The notes below the pieces were generated by a model. It did not search any database and was not told the origin of the DNA. It was given only the letters and a program-made list of their open reading frames with translations. Shown here in pieces: positions 35,036-49,328 of a stretch of DNA of 61,100 bases. The translations under genes and the position numbers were made by a program. How positions within the stretch are numbered: the stretch's first letter is position 1; each line of letters opens with the position of its first letter. Source of the stretch: Hydrolagus affinis (Eukaryota); NCBI GenBank assembly GCA_012026655.1, contig JAAILG010001857.1, positions 1 through 61,100 of the forward strand. The letters are read 5' to 3'.

Positions 35036-38000
35036 CAAATGTCAGCTTTGGTCTTTAGTGCCCAAAGCAACATTAATCCTGGTATTGAACAGAAGCGTGC
35101 CTCAGTCCCAACTCACGCCCACCTTCAAGGATCATTTTTTCCAAATATACTTGAAAAGCTGGAGATACAGAATGCGCGGCCCATGCTGTATGTGGTGCCA
35201 TTTTTATTCATTTCTGCAGCGTCTTGAAATTAAACACACATTTAGCTAGACTTTCCTCAAGCCTCCGGATGCTCTTGATTGCTTTTGGACGCCTCTCAAG
35301 TTCATGCAGGCAGATGTGTGAGTTAACATATTTAAGTGATTAAAGCCATGTCTTGCTCAGCCGCAAATATGCAGCAGCAAATGACATCACAAGCAGCTGG
35401 GTTGCGCTGAGTAAAATCTTCTGTACTCGTGTGAACTTTCTGTATTCTGGAGCTGATATCACCAATGTACTATTTTGTGCGTTGCACATTGGTTGCAGTT
35501 AAACAAAACGACAAGGCATCTTCTCCTGGGGGTGGGGTTGGGGTTGGAGTGGGGAGAAACAGCATCACTAAAATGTAGAGCCTAATTATCCACCCAAACT
35601 GATATTTGCCCCCCAAATAAAATGGGAAGAGATTGAGTGATAAGGTCCTCACTCATTGAAAATAACTGATGGACTTGCTGTCTGATTGAGTGTTTACTAT
35701 TATGAGTGTGAAATTGGCAATGGTAAGCAGGAGTTTAATTTGCATGTTGTGTTAACAATCCATTTTTGATAGGTGCAGTTTGGGTTAACCATGTGCTATC
35801 GTATACAGGTTGATGTGATTATGTGCTAATGTGAATCATTTGGGTGAACTTTCTGGAGCTGACATTAGCAATGTACATAATATCCTTTTCTTTGACTGTT
35901 AAATACTGTTTGTAGTTAAGGACACACCTGTACATGCAAATCTGGGAATCCTTCAATAATTACATAAAGGTTTAAAGACACCAGTAACAGACAAGATAAA
36001 ACACAAACCATTACACAGATAAATGCTCCCCAGAGGAGGAAGCTACTCTAACCAGAGAACAGGTTGTCTTGCCCGTATAGCTCTCTGACATGAATCCAGC
36101 GCTCTCTCATATGAAGCTCTCTTTATGGCAGAGCAAGGCAGTTTGTGAATTTGGCAAAGCAGAGCAGTTAAATGATGCAATCAGTTTTGTTCAAGACTAA
36201 ACTCTGAATTCACTTTGGAAAGTTCAACTGATACAATCATGATTGTATTTTCCGACCAAAAGTAAGACCTGAACTGACAAATAAATATCTGGTGAAGTAA
36301 CAGTTTGAAGATTTCTTGGTGCATATCAGTGGAGTGTTTGACTTGCGTTATATTTTGTTAAAGGCCTGGCCATTGCTTGCCTTTAACATACTTGACTCTC
36401 TGTGACAGAGTGCAAAGACGCCTGGGGTTTATGCTAAAGGCAAAACCAGGTCCTTTTAAATGAGCCATGTGGAATGTTGATGCCTCATTACAAATCTGAA
36501 TGGTGAATTTGTGTGTGTAGATATATATATATATACACACACTACAATGGCCCCCCAAACCACTCTTTTTGAATAGGGCTGTGGGATGTTTAACATCCAA
36601 GCAATGTATAGTTCAACTCAGTTTAATGTCTTTTCATAAGGACAGCACCTCCCACAATACATGACACATCCCAATAGGGCATTGGAGTATCAGCTTAGGT
36701 TTTGAAGGATCAGTAGATTTTCTGTTGGTTTTGACAGAGTTATTACTGTATTTGGTATGAAATTTAATGTAATTGTTCTGGGGGAAAAAAAAACTTTGGT
36801 TTAAATTCTGCCACTCTTTTTCCCTGATCTTCACAAATGCAAACGCACTTATCAAACCACCTGCATAACAAAGTACATGAGGTCGATTTGAACAGTTTCG
36901 AAGTTATAGCTTAATATTACGTGGCACATTGCACAGAATATGAATGGGTTATTGGCAGCTCTTTGCAGTTTGGATTAAAATATTGAGCACACGTGTTTGT
37001 CTCTGCATTGCCTTGAGTGTTCGCTTGCCAGTTAAAGCTCTTGAATTTGGATGAATATCATTCGTGGAGATGAATGTGGAACTTTTATTAGTTCCTGACA
37101 CGCTATTATGCAGAATCCTTTTGGATTCTAAATTGCACAGTATTCTACCTGGTTAAATGCTTCCTTGTACTAGTCATGCGCTTTGAATCAATTGAACCTT
37201 GGCAGAAAAAATATATTCTTAAATCAGTGCCATGATTGCTACAATAACACAGTGAAATGGAACTGGCACTGAATAAGGACTGTAATATACAATTCAACTG
37301 CAGCAAATCTTTTCCCATGCAGTAGATCTTGTCTTACACTGTGCAGTATGCAGACAGACAAACACTGTCATAACTCAATTGACCAACATTGCTGTGTGAA
37401 ACTTTATTTGTTGTAGTTAATCTGAAGTGGAAGCTGTTGTCTTAAGATATGGAACCCGAGACACAGTGTATGAGGAAGTCAAATTGCTTCCTCCGCAGTG
37501 AGTCACAAGCAATTTTACAAAAAAAAGCTATTGAAAGTGATGGGGAAAACAGGGAGAAGGAAAAGAGTTTTAAAACTTGTTCAACTTTCTTAAAATAATG
37601 GCTTTCATCAATGTTATAGTTGTTAAATGCTATTACGTTTCTCTCAGTGATATGTGTCCCATAACAAAGTGATTGGTGAGCTTGCCACATGAACTAGTAG
37701 ACCCAGGTTCTATTCCCATGTGAGATAAAACCACGGGCAAGTTTCTTTTTACTCCACACATATCTTTTTTGTAGTAAGTAGAAATCCAGTTGTTAGTCGA
37801 TTGGTGGATCCACCCACCACCCCCCCGCGCCCCCCACACCCCCAAAAATTGGTCATTCATACTGTGATTGTTGTGGGACATTTCTGTGCACAATAGGCTG
37901 CGCTTTTCACTCACAAAATTAGAATATAAAGACGTTTCAACAACGTGATAATCAAATGCAAGGATTATTATTATGATTATATGGCTGTAATGTACATTGG

Positions 38001-39014
38001 ATCCAGTGAGGCTGATTTTGTTTTATTCTCAAGGTACCAAGCTATAGTCGGCAATAGTCAAAAGGAACCATGTAAGGGAAGAACTGGAATATTTTCGGTA
38101 GTAAATAATGGGCAAAGAAACAGTAAACAAAGGGAAAGTGAGGACTTTGGGAAATGAATTACAATGAATAGCAGTGCATCAAAAATGTCAATCTCCGAGT
38201 AGATCCCTTAGCACGAACCCAAACACTAGGAATATTAGAACAAAATGGAGATGAGATCTCATTCTTACCTTCTTTACACTCTCCAGCTGTATCTGTTTGT
38301 TATTCTTAAGGTACTTTATGTCAAAAACGGCACCCGGTGTCAAAATTCAAATCAAAGAGAACAATCATACTTGCTATTCATAGAATGTTTTGGTCTCTTT
38401 CATTAGGGCTTGGGAATTATCTTCTGTGCTCCTTTATTCAGTATGAATCTTCCATTTACTCTATGTTAACCAACTAGAATACTGCTGTTTTCCAAGTAAG
38501 TCCATTGAATGATGTGAGAGATATGATTGCAGTAGTTAATTTGAAACTGGATACATAAGGGAAAAGAGACTAGAGGAGAATAGGAAAGGGAGAGGAGATT
38601 AGGAGGGGTGGAGGGAGGATGATGTGGAGTATGAACACGGTCACAGACGAGTTGGGCCGTTTTGGTGCTGTACATTCTTTGTACTAGATTCCACCAATGG
38701 TCATTTTCAGGACCTTTATGTTCCTAACACTCATTACTGCACAAGTTACAAGTTTACTGAGTTACAACACCAATAGAGTTGATTCCAGGCTTCTGCCGCA
38801 TGATGTGTTTGTAATTCTGTTTATTATATTTAAAGTTGTAGTGCTGAGGAATTTTCAGACTGGGTGAAAAATCACCAGCTCCTTATTTTCCATCACCTCC
38901 ATGCTGCGACATAATGTTTATTGCGTTCGTAAATATTGGTTTGAATTTGACATTAAACATGTTTATTTGACCAACTGTTTAGTCTCTCCGGGCCTCTTGT
39001 GAATAATGTTCTTA

Positions 39015-39363
39015 TAATAATAATCCTGGCATTTGAAATAGCGCTTTTCACATCTTCTAGATGTTTCGAAGCACTTCACAGAATAAACTCTGAAGTGAAT
39101 AGACTGTATGTTTGTGGAGGAAACGTGGCAGCCAATTGAGTGTCCTACAAACAGTCATGGATTAAGTGACCAAATAATTATTAAATGTTATTGTTTTTAT
39201 TGAAGGATTATTATCCTCTGAAAAGTCGATCGATTTCTACATATTGCTAGATAAACAGGCGTGTCGAGTAAGGAAACTTGCCCAACTTTTCACGCTGTCA
39301 GGAATCAAACCCAGGTCTCGCGCTTGTGAGGCGAGTGCTCTAACTACTGATGCTCAGGTCTCC
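39015..39363 (-). mobile_element. Near full-length tRNA-derived SINE
   Basis: Minus-strand head tcagtagttagagcactcgcctcacaagcgcgagacctgggtttgattcc plus body and tail. Confidence 0.9.
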
Positions 39364-39431
39364 ACAGGGCTTTTTCTCTCTGTAGGTTTTGTTATTCCTC
39401 CCACAATTTTAAACCAAGAATGAACTTATGT

Positions 39432-39640
39432 CAGCATGGCTCAGTTGGTAGCACACTCGCCTCTGAGTCAAATGTTTATGGGTTCAAACCCCAAGTAGGG
39501 AAGTTGAGCTCATGGTATAACCTAGCACTCATACGTAGCAGTACTGAGGAAGCCCTGGATGTCAAGGGCGCCATCCTTTGCAATAGAATGTAAACCGAGT
39601 TCCTGTCTGCCTTCAAAAAGAATTGCAAATATATAGGAAT
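39432..39640 (+). mobile_element. DeuSINE (SacSINE1-like) 5' portion
   Basis: Head tggctcagttggtagcacactcgcctctgagtca...gggttcaaacccc, followed by gcagtactgagg. Confidence 0.75.
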
Positions 39641-39879
39641 AATGCTGGACTTGATTGATGAAAGACACACCCTTATGATAGGATTGTGTTAGAATCACAG
39701 ACATGATAACACCGAAGTAGGCCATTCGGCCCATCGAGCTGTCAGCTACTTCACTGGAGCTACTCGTTCTAATTCTAATGTAAGTAATTGCTCCAAAACC
39801 AGCAGCAATAGTTGGTAAATTCCCTAAGTAGACACTCAGATGACTAGTTTAGCCATTCAATATGAGTTTAACTGGTTAC

Positions 39880-40085
39880 TTTCCCTCACTCTCTGGTCAC
39901 TCCCTTCACCTCGCCCACCCCCTCTCTTCTCAGCTTCAGGTCCCAGCTGAAGACCTTTCTCTTCGACCACGCCTTTGGTCACCTTTCTGCCCCTGCTCCT
40001 GGCTCGGTGCCGGGATCCGCTATTGTGAAGCGCTCTGAGACGCCGTCCGGTGTGGAGGGCGCTATATAAATCGAAGTTGTTGTTG
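39880..40085 (+). mobile_element. L2 LINE 3' end
   Basis: FRSQLKTFLFDHAF motif and tail ending (ttg)n. Confidence 0.8.
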
Positions 40086-40199
40086 TCACTCTCCCTCAAT
40101 CCCTTCACCTTGCTTCTCTCTAGCTTTCACTAACAACAATAGTCCGGCTTTGCCACTGTTACCCAACATGGAGAGTGCTGTGTAAGTGCAAGTTGTTGT

Positions 40200-40770
40200 T
40201 GTTGTACTATATACAGTTCTAGTTGCTGCAGTTCAAAAAGGATATTGGAGAAATCAAGAAGATATGGAGGAGGGTAACCAAAATGATTGAGAGAATAGAA
40301 TGACTGCCGACGTGAAAGGCGCTCTACAAATGTAATTCTGTTGTTGTTGTTATGAGGAGCGGCTAAGTAAATTGGGCAAGTACATGCTGGAAAAGAGAAA
40401 ATGAGAGGCCACATAATTGGTGTCTTTAAGATTCTTAAAGGGACCAAACACTATAGCTCATGACAGGCTGTTTCAACTTGTCCAGAATAGTAAAACCAGA
40501 GGACATGGCTTGCGGTTGAAGAGAGGTAAATTCCGAATTATTCTAGGCAAACACTGTTTCAGTGAGCGAACAGGCTCCCTAGAAAGACGGTTGAAGCAGG
40601 AGGTGTTAATTCATTCAAACACAGATTAGATTTAGTTTTCTTTTAGGAACCAACATCATGGCATATAGCACATAGGTAGTTTGAGACATGTGTGGATGGG
40701 AACGCCAGGACGGTAGTAGGCAAACGAAATAGATCTTGGTCTTTTTTTTTGTCTTGCATTTCTTATGTTC
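40200..40770 (+). mobile_element. CR1 LINE 3' fragment interrupted by an L2 tail (~40300-40352)
   Basis: YEERL..LEKRxxRG and KTRGHGLRLKRGKFR CR1 motifs; ends ttcttatgttct. Confidence 0.8.
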
Positions 40771-41804
40771 TCATGTTAACGTGCGCGTTTTAATGTTACA
40801 GTTGAATCATCAGAGGAATCTGCTCTGATCTGATTGCTTTGCGAATATTGATAAAGATGGTTTCAATTCGAATGACAGACAAGTCGCAGGAAAGGGAGAT
40901 GGAATGGATTTTCAATAGATGTCAAGACAGCTTTATGGATTCTTATTCTGTAAGAAAGCTGCAGCTAGTGAAGGATAATTAGATGTGCCCAGGGACCCAT
41001 AATATTTATTCGGTTCAATAGAAAGACTCATTCGTTACCAGACCAGCTTTAACTGTAAATGACTGCTGCTCAAAAGTTTCCAAAGAGATTCCAGATGGTT
41101 TAAATTTTTTAAAAGATTGTTTGACTAATTCATAAAAAAAAAGCTTAACAAACCTTTTGGGACCAGCCATCTGCAATCAAGCTTGAAATTTGTTACAAAG
41201 TATGGTTATAAATGACTCCAAAATTTGGGCTATCTTTGCAATAGATTAAATAGACATAAAGGAAAGCTTCTGTACCAGTTACAGTCTGCCTTATTGAAGT
41301 AATTGTGAGCAACAATGGAAATTCAGTTCATTGAATGTGAAAGCGCAAATATAAATACTATTGTGTTAGTGAAAATATTAATATTATTTATCGATCTTGT
41401 AAATTTATGAATAGGTTACAGGTAGGTCACAATAAAAATATTGTATTAGATTAACTCATGGCTTTAAGAGAACTGTCCCTTTGAACGTCTATTCAGAATT
41501 GCCTTTCTCTGTAGCTGCAGTCTGCCACTTCAATTTTCTGCTGCTGCAGATCGCATGGTATTCCACTTAATCCTGAGTAAGTAGGACATCTAGAGAAACT
41601 TGGATTTATTAAACGTAATTGTTGTTTCTCTCTAACAGTATCATGTGTAAACCATCTGTTATTTACTGGTAACAGTGAACTTGAGGATGTGCATGCATTG
41701 GGACTTTTATTGTTGCAGTCATTGCTTTTGTTATTAATGAAGCCCGGTATTTAACACAGTCCGTGGTCCAGCCTGTAACTCAATATATTCAGATTATGTT
41801 GGTC

Positions 41805-42300
41805 TTTTGCCCAAAAAATATACAGTGAATTCACTTCACAATACATTCTGTGAAGTGCTTTGAGGCATCTCAACGACGTGATAAGGCATTATATAAAATG
41901 CAAGGATTATTATTATTAGTTGTGGTTAGTTGGTGTAGCTCTTTTGCTTAATTGCAGCAATCTTCCCACAAGAAATCCTCTTAAGGGATATCATGGTGGC
42001 TCATTAAAACTCCGCCTTATGTCACTGGTATATATTTTAATGTCTGCTCAGTCCTTTGCATATCCAAGTTCGAGTATGTGAGAGACACATAATAATAATA
42101 TTCCTTGCATTCGATATAGTGCTTTTCACATCTTCTAGACTTCTCAAAGCATTTCAGAGAATATACTGTAAAGTGAATTGACTGAAATGTGTGAGTGAAA
42201 CACGGCAGCCAATTGCACACAGCGGGTGTTCCACAGACAATTGTGGATTGAAGTGACCAATTGACAGTATTTTTATATTTTTTTAGGGATTTTTTTTTAT
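41805..42300. mobile_element. Convergent SINE pair (plus 41805-41918; minus 42090-42300)
   Basis: Recurrent SINE tails in opposite orientations ~170 bp apart. Confidence 0.82.
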
Positions 42301-44059
42301 CAGGTATGATCTGATTAGCAAATGCTAGGAAATTTCAATGTATACAAAAGGAAAGGAACTTATATTATTTTTCTCTTTGGATCGGTGTTTGTAGTCTTGT
42401 TATGTGTCACAATATTGGTGGACTATGAAATAATGATGATTTGCATTTATATAGTCCATTCACATAAACGTAAATGTCTTCAAGTGCTTTGCAAAATTCA
42501 ATGAAAGTAAGTGTTGTAGTACAGATAAACATGACAGCTAATCTGCATATGAAATGTTCAATAAACAACAGAGAGATGAATTGTCAATTACTTTTCATTT
42601 GTGGGTCAATTTGCATCAGGAGGGAAATATAAATCAGGTTAAATTGGAGAAATGGTCCACATCTCTTTGAAATAGCATACTTTCATGTCAAAGTGCCTCG
42701 TGGGATTTAATGTAATGTAGTGACTGTGTATTTTTGGAGGCAAAACCACAGCCACTTCGCGTGCAGTAATCTCCCATAAACAGATAGGAATATGAGCGCA
42801 AAGCATGGCTGAGGAAAAAGAAGAAATGAGAAGAGGAAAAATGAAAGCACTGAGCTTTTACAAAGTCATGTACTGCAGCACACATGAACCTTATGGCCCT
42901 CATCCCTCCTGGAAAATGTTTAACAATCCACTTGACGAATACATTTACATAATTATGACATTATTACAGTTAACCTTGTGCTCCGTGCTTCAGTCCAATT
43001 ATTCAAATTATGTAAATTTTCACAAATGCAGAGAAAGGTTTTCTAACAATTATTTCCTAGAATCATAGATTGTTTAGGTACAGAAGAAGGCAATTCAGGC
43101 CACTTTCAGTGGACCCCAAATTCTATCTGATTTTAATCTGCGAGACCATTTTGTCTTGAAATTTAAGAGAATGCAAAATTGTGGAAAATTCTTAAATTCA
43201 GTCTGAAATTCTGGAAGCAGTTTTTTTGAAAAAATCGAATGAAACAGGCTTCCAGAGTAGGGCCAAATTTGTTAAATTCCAGATATTCTAAAATGACGAA
43301 ACAATTAAGTAAATCTACAGTGTCTCCACAAAGTCCCGTTACCCCCAATGCTTTTTTTCTACAATGCACTGATCAACAACTGAAACATGTAGAAGAATAC
43401 AAATAATTCTACAGTATTTAGAAATACTTAACTGTATTCTGTGAAAGTGTTTAAATGTATTTAGACACCCAAAGGATTGGTGAGATTGCTCTCATTTTCA
43501 GGGCAGATAATGATCCGTTGCCATGGTCAGTACGACATCTTCCATGACATGGATGAAGGGATGAGGAAGGTACTGATATCAATGCAAGACTTGTGGAAAA
43601 TAGCTCCAAACTGCAAACTGCTCTTACAGTGAAGAAAAATACATATTGTAGGGTGTAAGGTGAAATAATATACAGGATTCATTTCTTTGGAGTCTAACTT
43701 CACATAATTTGAAGCATTTCATAAATCAGAAGTTTCGGCCCTTGTTTCACTATTGCCTAAAATTAAAGATAACACAGGCTGAATCAAATATAGAAAAATT
43801 GCCCTTGATAGCGCAAACGCGTACATTTTTTTTCTTTCTTTTTCAATCTATTTTCCTTCCAGTGAGAAAATTGAAAAAGCAGTCAGTGGAAATGCCACGT
43901 TTGAGGCGAGAGCTTGCAGAGTTTGAAATACTATCTGCCAACCCAACATCTCAGTCAACGCCCTTTCAACTTTCTGACTTGGAAAATAGATCAAAGAACA
44001 GAATAAAACAAAATTGTCCTATTTGGAATCTATTAAGTATTTTTTAAATAATCCTGGCT

Positions 44060-44890
44060 GCTCATGAACAGGACAACTGCCAGTCAGACATCAAGTACTG
44101 GCTGACAGTCAACTTTCTACAGTTGAACGTCAGCAAGACCAAGGCTCTCTTGATTGACTCGTGCCAGCGCCTCTGAACCTCAGTCACTGGCAGCATCAGC
44201 ATCCATAGATGCACATTCCACCTCACAAAGCTAGTCTGGAACCTGGGTGTTTTGTTTGACCCCGACTATCATTTCTCATCCACATCCACATCCATGCCGT
44301 GACCTGCTCTGCCTTCCTCCACCTCTGCCACATTGCCCACTGTCTCACACCTCAGGCTGCCAAAACCCTCATACATGCCTTCATTACAACTAACAACAAC
44401 TTGCATCTATATCAAATGCAAGGTTTATTATTGTTATTAATGCCCTCCAAGCTATATATACATATAGGTTCAACGCCCTGCCCGTCGGTCTTCCCAATTC
44501 TTCCTTCCACAAGCTGCAGATCATCCAAAACTCTGCAACTCGTGTCCTCTCCCACACCAGGCTCCATGACCCCATCATACCCACCTTCACCCAGCTCCAC
44601 TGGCTCCTCGTGCCGCAGCGGATCAAGTTCAAATTTCCTGTCCTCACTTTCAAGACTCTCCATGACCTTGCCCCGTCCTACCTCTCTGACCTGCTAACCT
44701 CTTATCAACCTCCGCTCAGCAGGCATTGGCCTGCTCTATGTCCCCTCCTGGCCATCCTTCTACTCTTTCTCCTTCACCCTTTCTCTATCCTCCCTGATCA
44801 CAACCTCCCATTTCTCGGGCCCTAATCCCTGACTCTTCAGAGCCTTGAGACGTCCTCCCCACGTGAAAGGCACTTTACAAGTATAATATT
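44060..44890 (+). mobile_element. L2 LINE ORF2 C-terminal fragment with stops and an insertion
   Basis: NFLQLNVSKTKALL, NLGVLFD, AAKTLIHAFIT, LQIIQNSATRVL, LHWLLVPQRIKFK motifs. Confidence 0.9.
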
Positions 44891-45231
44891 GTATTGAGGG
44901 CTTTTTTTTTTGCCAAGACCTTGAAGCCAACTGATGCTGGACCGAGAGCAGCCAGATAGCAATTAGAGTGAGGAGACTTTAACCCCATCAACTTGGAGTC
45001 ATACATTCCCAACCAAGTCCCAGTGGTACAAGAGAAGTAGTGCGCAATGCTCCAATTGACCTCTTCCCATGATGCCTCTTATTGCTTTAAAAATGGGAAC
45101 AAGAGTTTGGCTTGGTTTCAAATTATGTTTGGATTGTACATTCTGGTTTGAGGAATTTTGGGGCGAGGACTTTCCATGAGAAATCTGGCATAAAAGACAT
45201 TCCAACAATGCTTCTAAAGCGAAAGTAGAGC

Positions 45232-45725
45232 ATGTTCTCCACCACTGCCAAGCCACTTGACCACGCATTTGTCACATCAAGACTTGACTATGGAAACTCC
45301 CTCCTCGTCGGCCTTCCCAGCTCTTCCCTTCACAAGCTCCAGGTTATCCAGAACTCTGCAGCTCATGTCCTCTCCCGCACCAAGCTCCATGACCACATCA
45401 CTCCCACCCTTGCCAGGCTCCATTCGCTCCCTATCCCCCAGAGGATCAAATTCAAAATCCTCGTCCTCACTTTCAAGGCCATTCACGGCCTTGCCCCCTC
45501 TTATCTCTCTGACCTGCTATTTCCCTATGAACCTGCCCACCCCCTCCGTTCAGCGGGCTCCATTCTGCTCCATATCTCCCGCCCGACCTACTCTACCATC
45601 GATGGACGGGCTTTCAGCTTCTCTGCCCCACATTCTGGAACTCCATCCCACAGTCTTTCCATCTCCCTTACTCCCTTGCCTCCTTCAAGACCGGCTGCTC
45701 TATAAATGTAATTTTGTTGTTGTTT
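45232..45725 (+). mobile_element. L2 LINE ORF2 C-terminal fragment and tail
   Basis: 157-aa ORF with HAFVTSRLDYGNSLLVGLP..LQVIQNSAA..HITPTLARLH..QRIKFKIL..HGLAPSYL, a classic L2/CR1-group ORF2 end. Confidence 0.93.
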
Positions 45726-46077
45726 TGACAGATAGATGGATGGAATTAATTCTTGTTGACTTTGAATCTCTTCAGTTCACCCTGCATTTTCCTTCCGTGC
45801 ACATAAACATCACACTCCAATGCAATGGAATAAGATGTTTGTGTGTTGCGGCAAAATACATGGCCTAACTATGTAAAGCAATAATATGATGTGATGTAGG
45901 AATATAGTGGCAGATCCCATCTCTTGCGAGGTCCACTTTGGTATTTCTCTGTTTTAACCTATACTCCCCTCTATTCGTTGCAATAGATTGATTGGTTAGG
46001 TGGACAGCAATGGTCTTTTCCTGTCCTTCTAGGGGCCATCTTCCTAGGTATTGCCCCTGGTTAACTCAGCCAGGTGT

Positions 46078-46455
46078 GTCAGTCTGGCTCAGTTGGTAGC
46101 ACTCTCACCTTTGAGTCAGAAGGTTACGGGTTTAAGCCCCGGGTCGGGAATTCAAACGCGTATAGTCCAGACTGACACTCCAGTACAGAGCCACTGTTGT
46201 GTTGCATTGTTAAAGCTGCTGACCTTCGGCTGAGATGTCCTCTCTGCCTGCTCAGGTGGATGTTAAAGAACTCACAGTACTACACTATTTGAAAAGAGAA
46301 GGCAGTTTCTCCAATGGACCATCGACACCAATACAGATAAAATTGGTCATTTACTTCAGGGTTGTTTGTGAGACATTACAGTGCAAATTGACTGCTATGT
46401 TCACCTACAAAAATACACATCATCATACCTTATAATATATCCTGCAAAGTGCTTT
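46078..46455 (+). mobile_element. DeuSINE (SacSINE1-like), near full length
   Basis: tRNA head ggctcagttggtagcactctcaccttgagtcagaagg, central ctcaggtggatgttaaaga and gtttgtgagac...gtgcaaattgactgc resembling the recalled Deu domain. Confidence 0.75.
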
Positions 46456-47495
46456 CAGCAATGAATGCACATTTAGATAAGTAACCAGGTGGCTGATATA
46501 GCTCTCACGGTTGTCTCGCTTTCTAAACCTACTGTCTATTGTGAGCTATATAGACTTGGAAACCCTGCCTGGAGATACAAGCAGCCGGGTGAAGTGCTTT
46601 GAGTTGAAAGCATGAGCAACTTGGTCAGGTGAAAATGCTGCAGGCAGCAGTGTCAGCTCTGTACAGTATTGTGCTCACTTGGAATTTATTCTGACTTGTT
46701 AGAAACTGCAATTGGTCAGTTTTGCACATTTTTCTCCAGTACAGCATAATCTATTTTAAGACATCGCTAATCCTGAAGGTAATATTCATGAGCAGCTAAC
46801 TAACACTAATATATTCGGGATATCACACATGGAGAAATGATTGAAATTGGCAGTAACATGGTGCACTGGAGTAGAAAGTAAGTTTGGACTTGGTTAGGGT
46901 CCTTGAAAGACCTAAAAAAAAACACACACACACACTTGTCATGAGCATCTCATTGAAGTCAATGAGTGTGAAGGTAATGGAAATTTTCCAGCAGAAATAG
47001 GGCTCTTAGCTGAAATGACTCCTGTTCAGAGTTGACTCATTGATGTGGAAGCAATAAGAACATTACAGACTGTTTATACCAGTTGCTTTTAAGTGGTGTA
47101 CCGAGAGACAGCACAGTATATTCAGAAAGACCAACGGAAACTGTGTCTGATAAAGTCATGGTAAATGGTAACTAATGCCGAATCACTGGTAACAGCTTAT
47201 TTTAATAATAAGAGGAATCCTTACGTTTGACGTAGCCCCTAATTACACAGCGGGTGTACATTCCCATAATGAAGAAGAAATGATTAGAAATTGACTATGA
47301 GTGTGTGAAATAGTTTGACATCTTTTCCAAGTAGATTCTCACGCAACAAACAAAAAGGAAGTCCAGAAGTGGGATTGGGTGCAGTTGGATTCAGGATTGT
47401 CATGCTGGAAACACAACTTTGGCCAAGCTAAAAGTTTTTGAATGTTGACCTTATATTAATTACAGATTTGAGTGGGATTTACCACAGAAGCAACA

Positions 47496-47534
47496 ATGGC
47501 TCAGACCAATACTCAGCGGAGGTTCAAGGAGACG
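47496..47534 (+). CDS. SPATS2L: SPATS2L first coding exon (exon begins at 47466)
   Basis: Acceptor ttacag at 47465; in-frame TGA upstream of the ATG; good Kozak context acaATGg; MAQTNTQRRFKET (13 aa, cf. human MAELNTHVNVKEK); donor gtaaga. Confidence 0.88.
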
Positions 47535-48456
47535 GTAAGAATCCAAGGCAAAAAGCTCATCTTTACTATTGTACGTTACCCCAAATGTACAAAATCTGTG
47601 TGGAAGCTTTGTGTTTCATACAATGCACAAGTTAACAATTCTATACAGAATGCTAAATTGACAATAAGTTTGAAATGTGATATTTTCAAACAAGGAATTA
47701 CCATAATTACTGTGTACTCTGAATAGCAAATTGAACTGTGGGACTCGTTCCAACATTTGGTTAAAGCATTGAGGAAAAATTCTGATTGTGTTTATTTCTC
47801 AACCAAGAAACCGTCCAGAAGCAGATAGCCTAATTTGATCTGAAACTCTGATTTTTAAATATCATATTTTGATCTTCAATTGTTCTATTTTTTTCCCTGT
47901 ACATAATAAAACTGCTCCGGTGATTGTGAAAAATGTCTGCAATGTGAGATGCTCTGCTTCTGAGTTCTGGAGCACAATTGTAGTAGGTGATAAGGGTTTT
48001 GATCTGAGTTTGCCCTGGATTGGAAGGTGCCAAGTCCAAGGATTTATCTGCAGAAGAGAACAAAATTGAATCATGGACATCCTACATCCAGCCACCACTT
48101 AGACACCTTCTGGATGGAGGTCAACATTGCCCTCGTTAGTGATTTGGGTGCAGGTTTAAAACTAAAATGAAAGATGCAAATAAGTTGCATGGCCTTCTGA
48201 GGAGGGACATATTTTCAAATGAAATAGTATTGACTGTTGAGGAGGCTCGGGGTCCATCCATGACCTTCATCTTTGACCACGCCTTTGATCATCTTCACAC
48301 CACCCCTTGACCTCCACCCCTCCCAAATCAAGCCCCTAGGGGGCAAACCCACGACTATCCTGCACCTTGGGACATCCTCCTGAAGTGTGTGTAATATATA
48401 CAATTTGGTGTTGTTATGATTGTTGTTGTTATTAAGGAGTCTGTTTCCTTTTGCAG

Positions 48457-48565
48457 ATCAGTGCCATTCGAACTGTGGTGCCAAACAGAAGTAACAATGA
48501 AATAGCTCTGGTGTTGCAACACTTTGAAAACAACGTGGACAAAACAGTACAGGCCTTCGTGGATG
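48457..48565 (+). CDS. SPATS2L: SPATS2L coding exon 2
   Basis: Acceptor ccttttgcag, donor gtaagg; ISAIRTVVPNRSNNEIALVLQHFENNVDKTVQAFVD(G), the conserved SPATS2/SPATS2L N-terminal block. Confidence 0.95.
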
Positions 48566-48874
48566 GTAAGGAGATATAACTCTAGTTGGCCTTATAAATT
48601 TGTGCTTTGGCATAAAGGAATACTGCAGGCTGATCTCTGAATCGTCAATTAGGTGTAGCCTGATACTGGTGTAAAGTATTCTGCTAAATTCCCACATATT
48701 CAGTTCAGTATTTCCTTATTCTAAAGATGGCTTTAAGATATGGCACAAAGATCACACCTGCTACCTTCGATCTGCTGAAAACAAAATCAGCAAATAGTTG
48801 GCTATGAAGAAAAAGCCCAGAGGCTTTGAGGCGAGACATTAACATAATCCTTGATTCTTGAATCTGCTGAATCC

Positions 48875-49147
48875 GTTCAGCAGACTCAGGCCTGCTCTGC
48901 GTCCACTACCCTAACCGCCCAACCATCGACGGCTGGGCTTTCAGCCTCTCTGCTCCCACACTGTGGAACTCCATCCCGCAGCCCCTCCGCCTCGCTTCCT
49001 CCCTTTCCTCCTTCGAGGCCGGTCTCAAGATCTTCCTCTTCGACCGCGCCTTCGGCTGCCACACTAACTCTTCCCCCTCTCCCACTCTCCTTCCCCTTCC
49101 CCCTCTCCCGACCCTCCCCCACCATGTGCAATTTTGTTGTTGTTGTT
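48875..49147 (+). mobile_element. L2 LINE 3' fragment
   Basis: Highly similar to 10870-11190. Confidence 0.9.
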
Positions 49148-49328
49148 GATTGGAGAGGAGTCCTCCATGTCCCATGGATATTGGTGGGATCCTTGGTTGG
49201 TTGACCTCCAGCAGCCTCAGAGACAGAGCCCTCCCTGTCCCCCACCCAGTCACCCTTTCCTCCACAGCAGTGCTCTGTTATGTTACAAATCGCACCTGTT
49301 CATTAGTCCATTTTCTGTTCTTGCTCAG

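Noticed and set aside
35431-35920. Short direct repeat gtgaactttc..tggagctga..caatgtac at 35431 and 35843
   Set aside because: Only ~35 bp aligns well; probably a minor local duplication with no further structure.
45232-45868. 157-aa and 203-aa ORFs as host genes
   Set aside because: A truncated L2 ORF2 C-terminus and its alternative frame.
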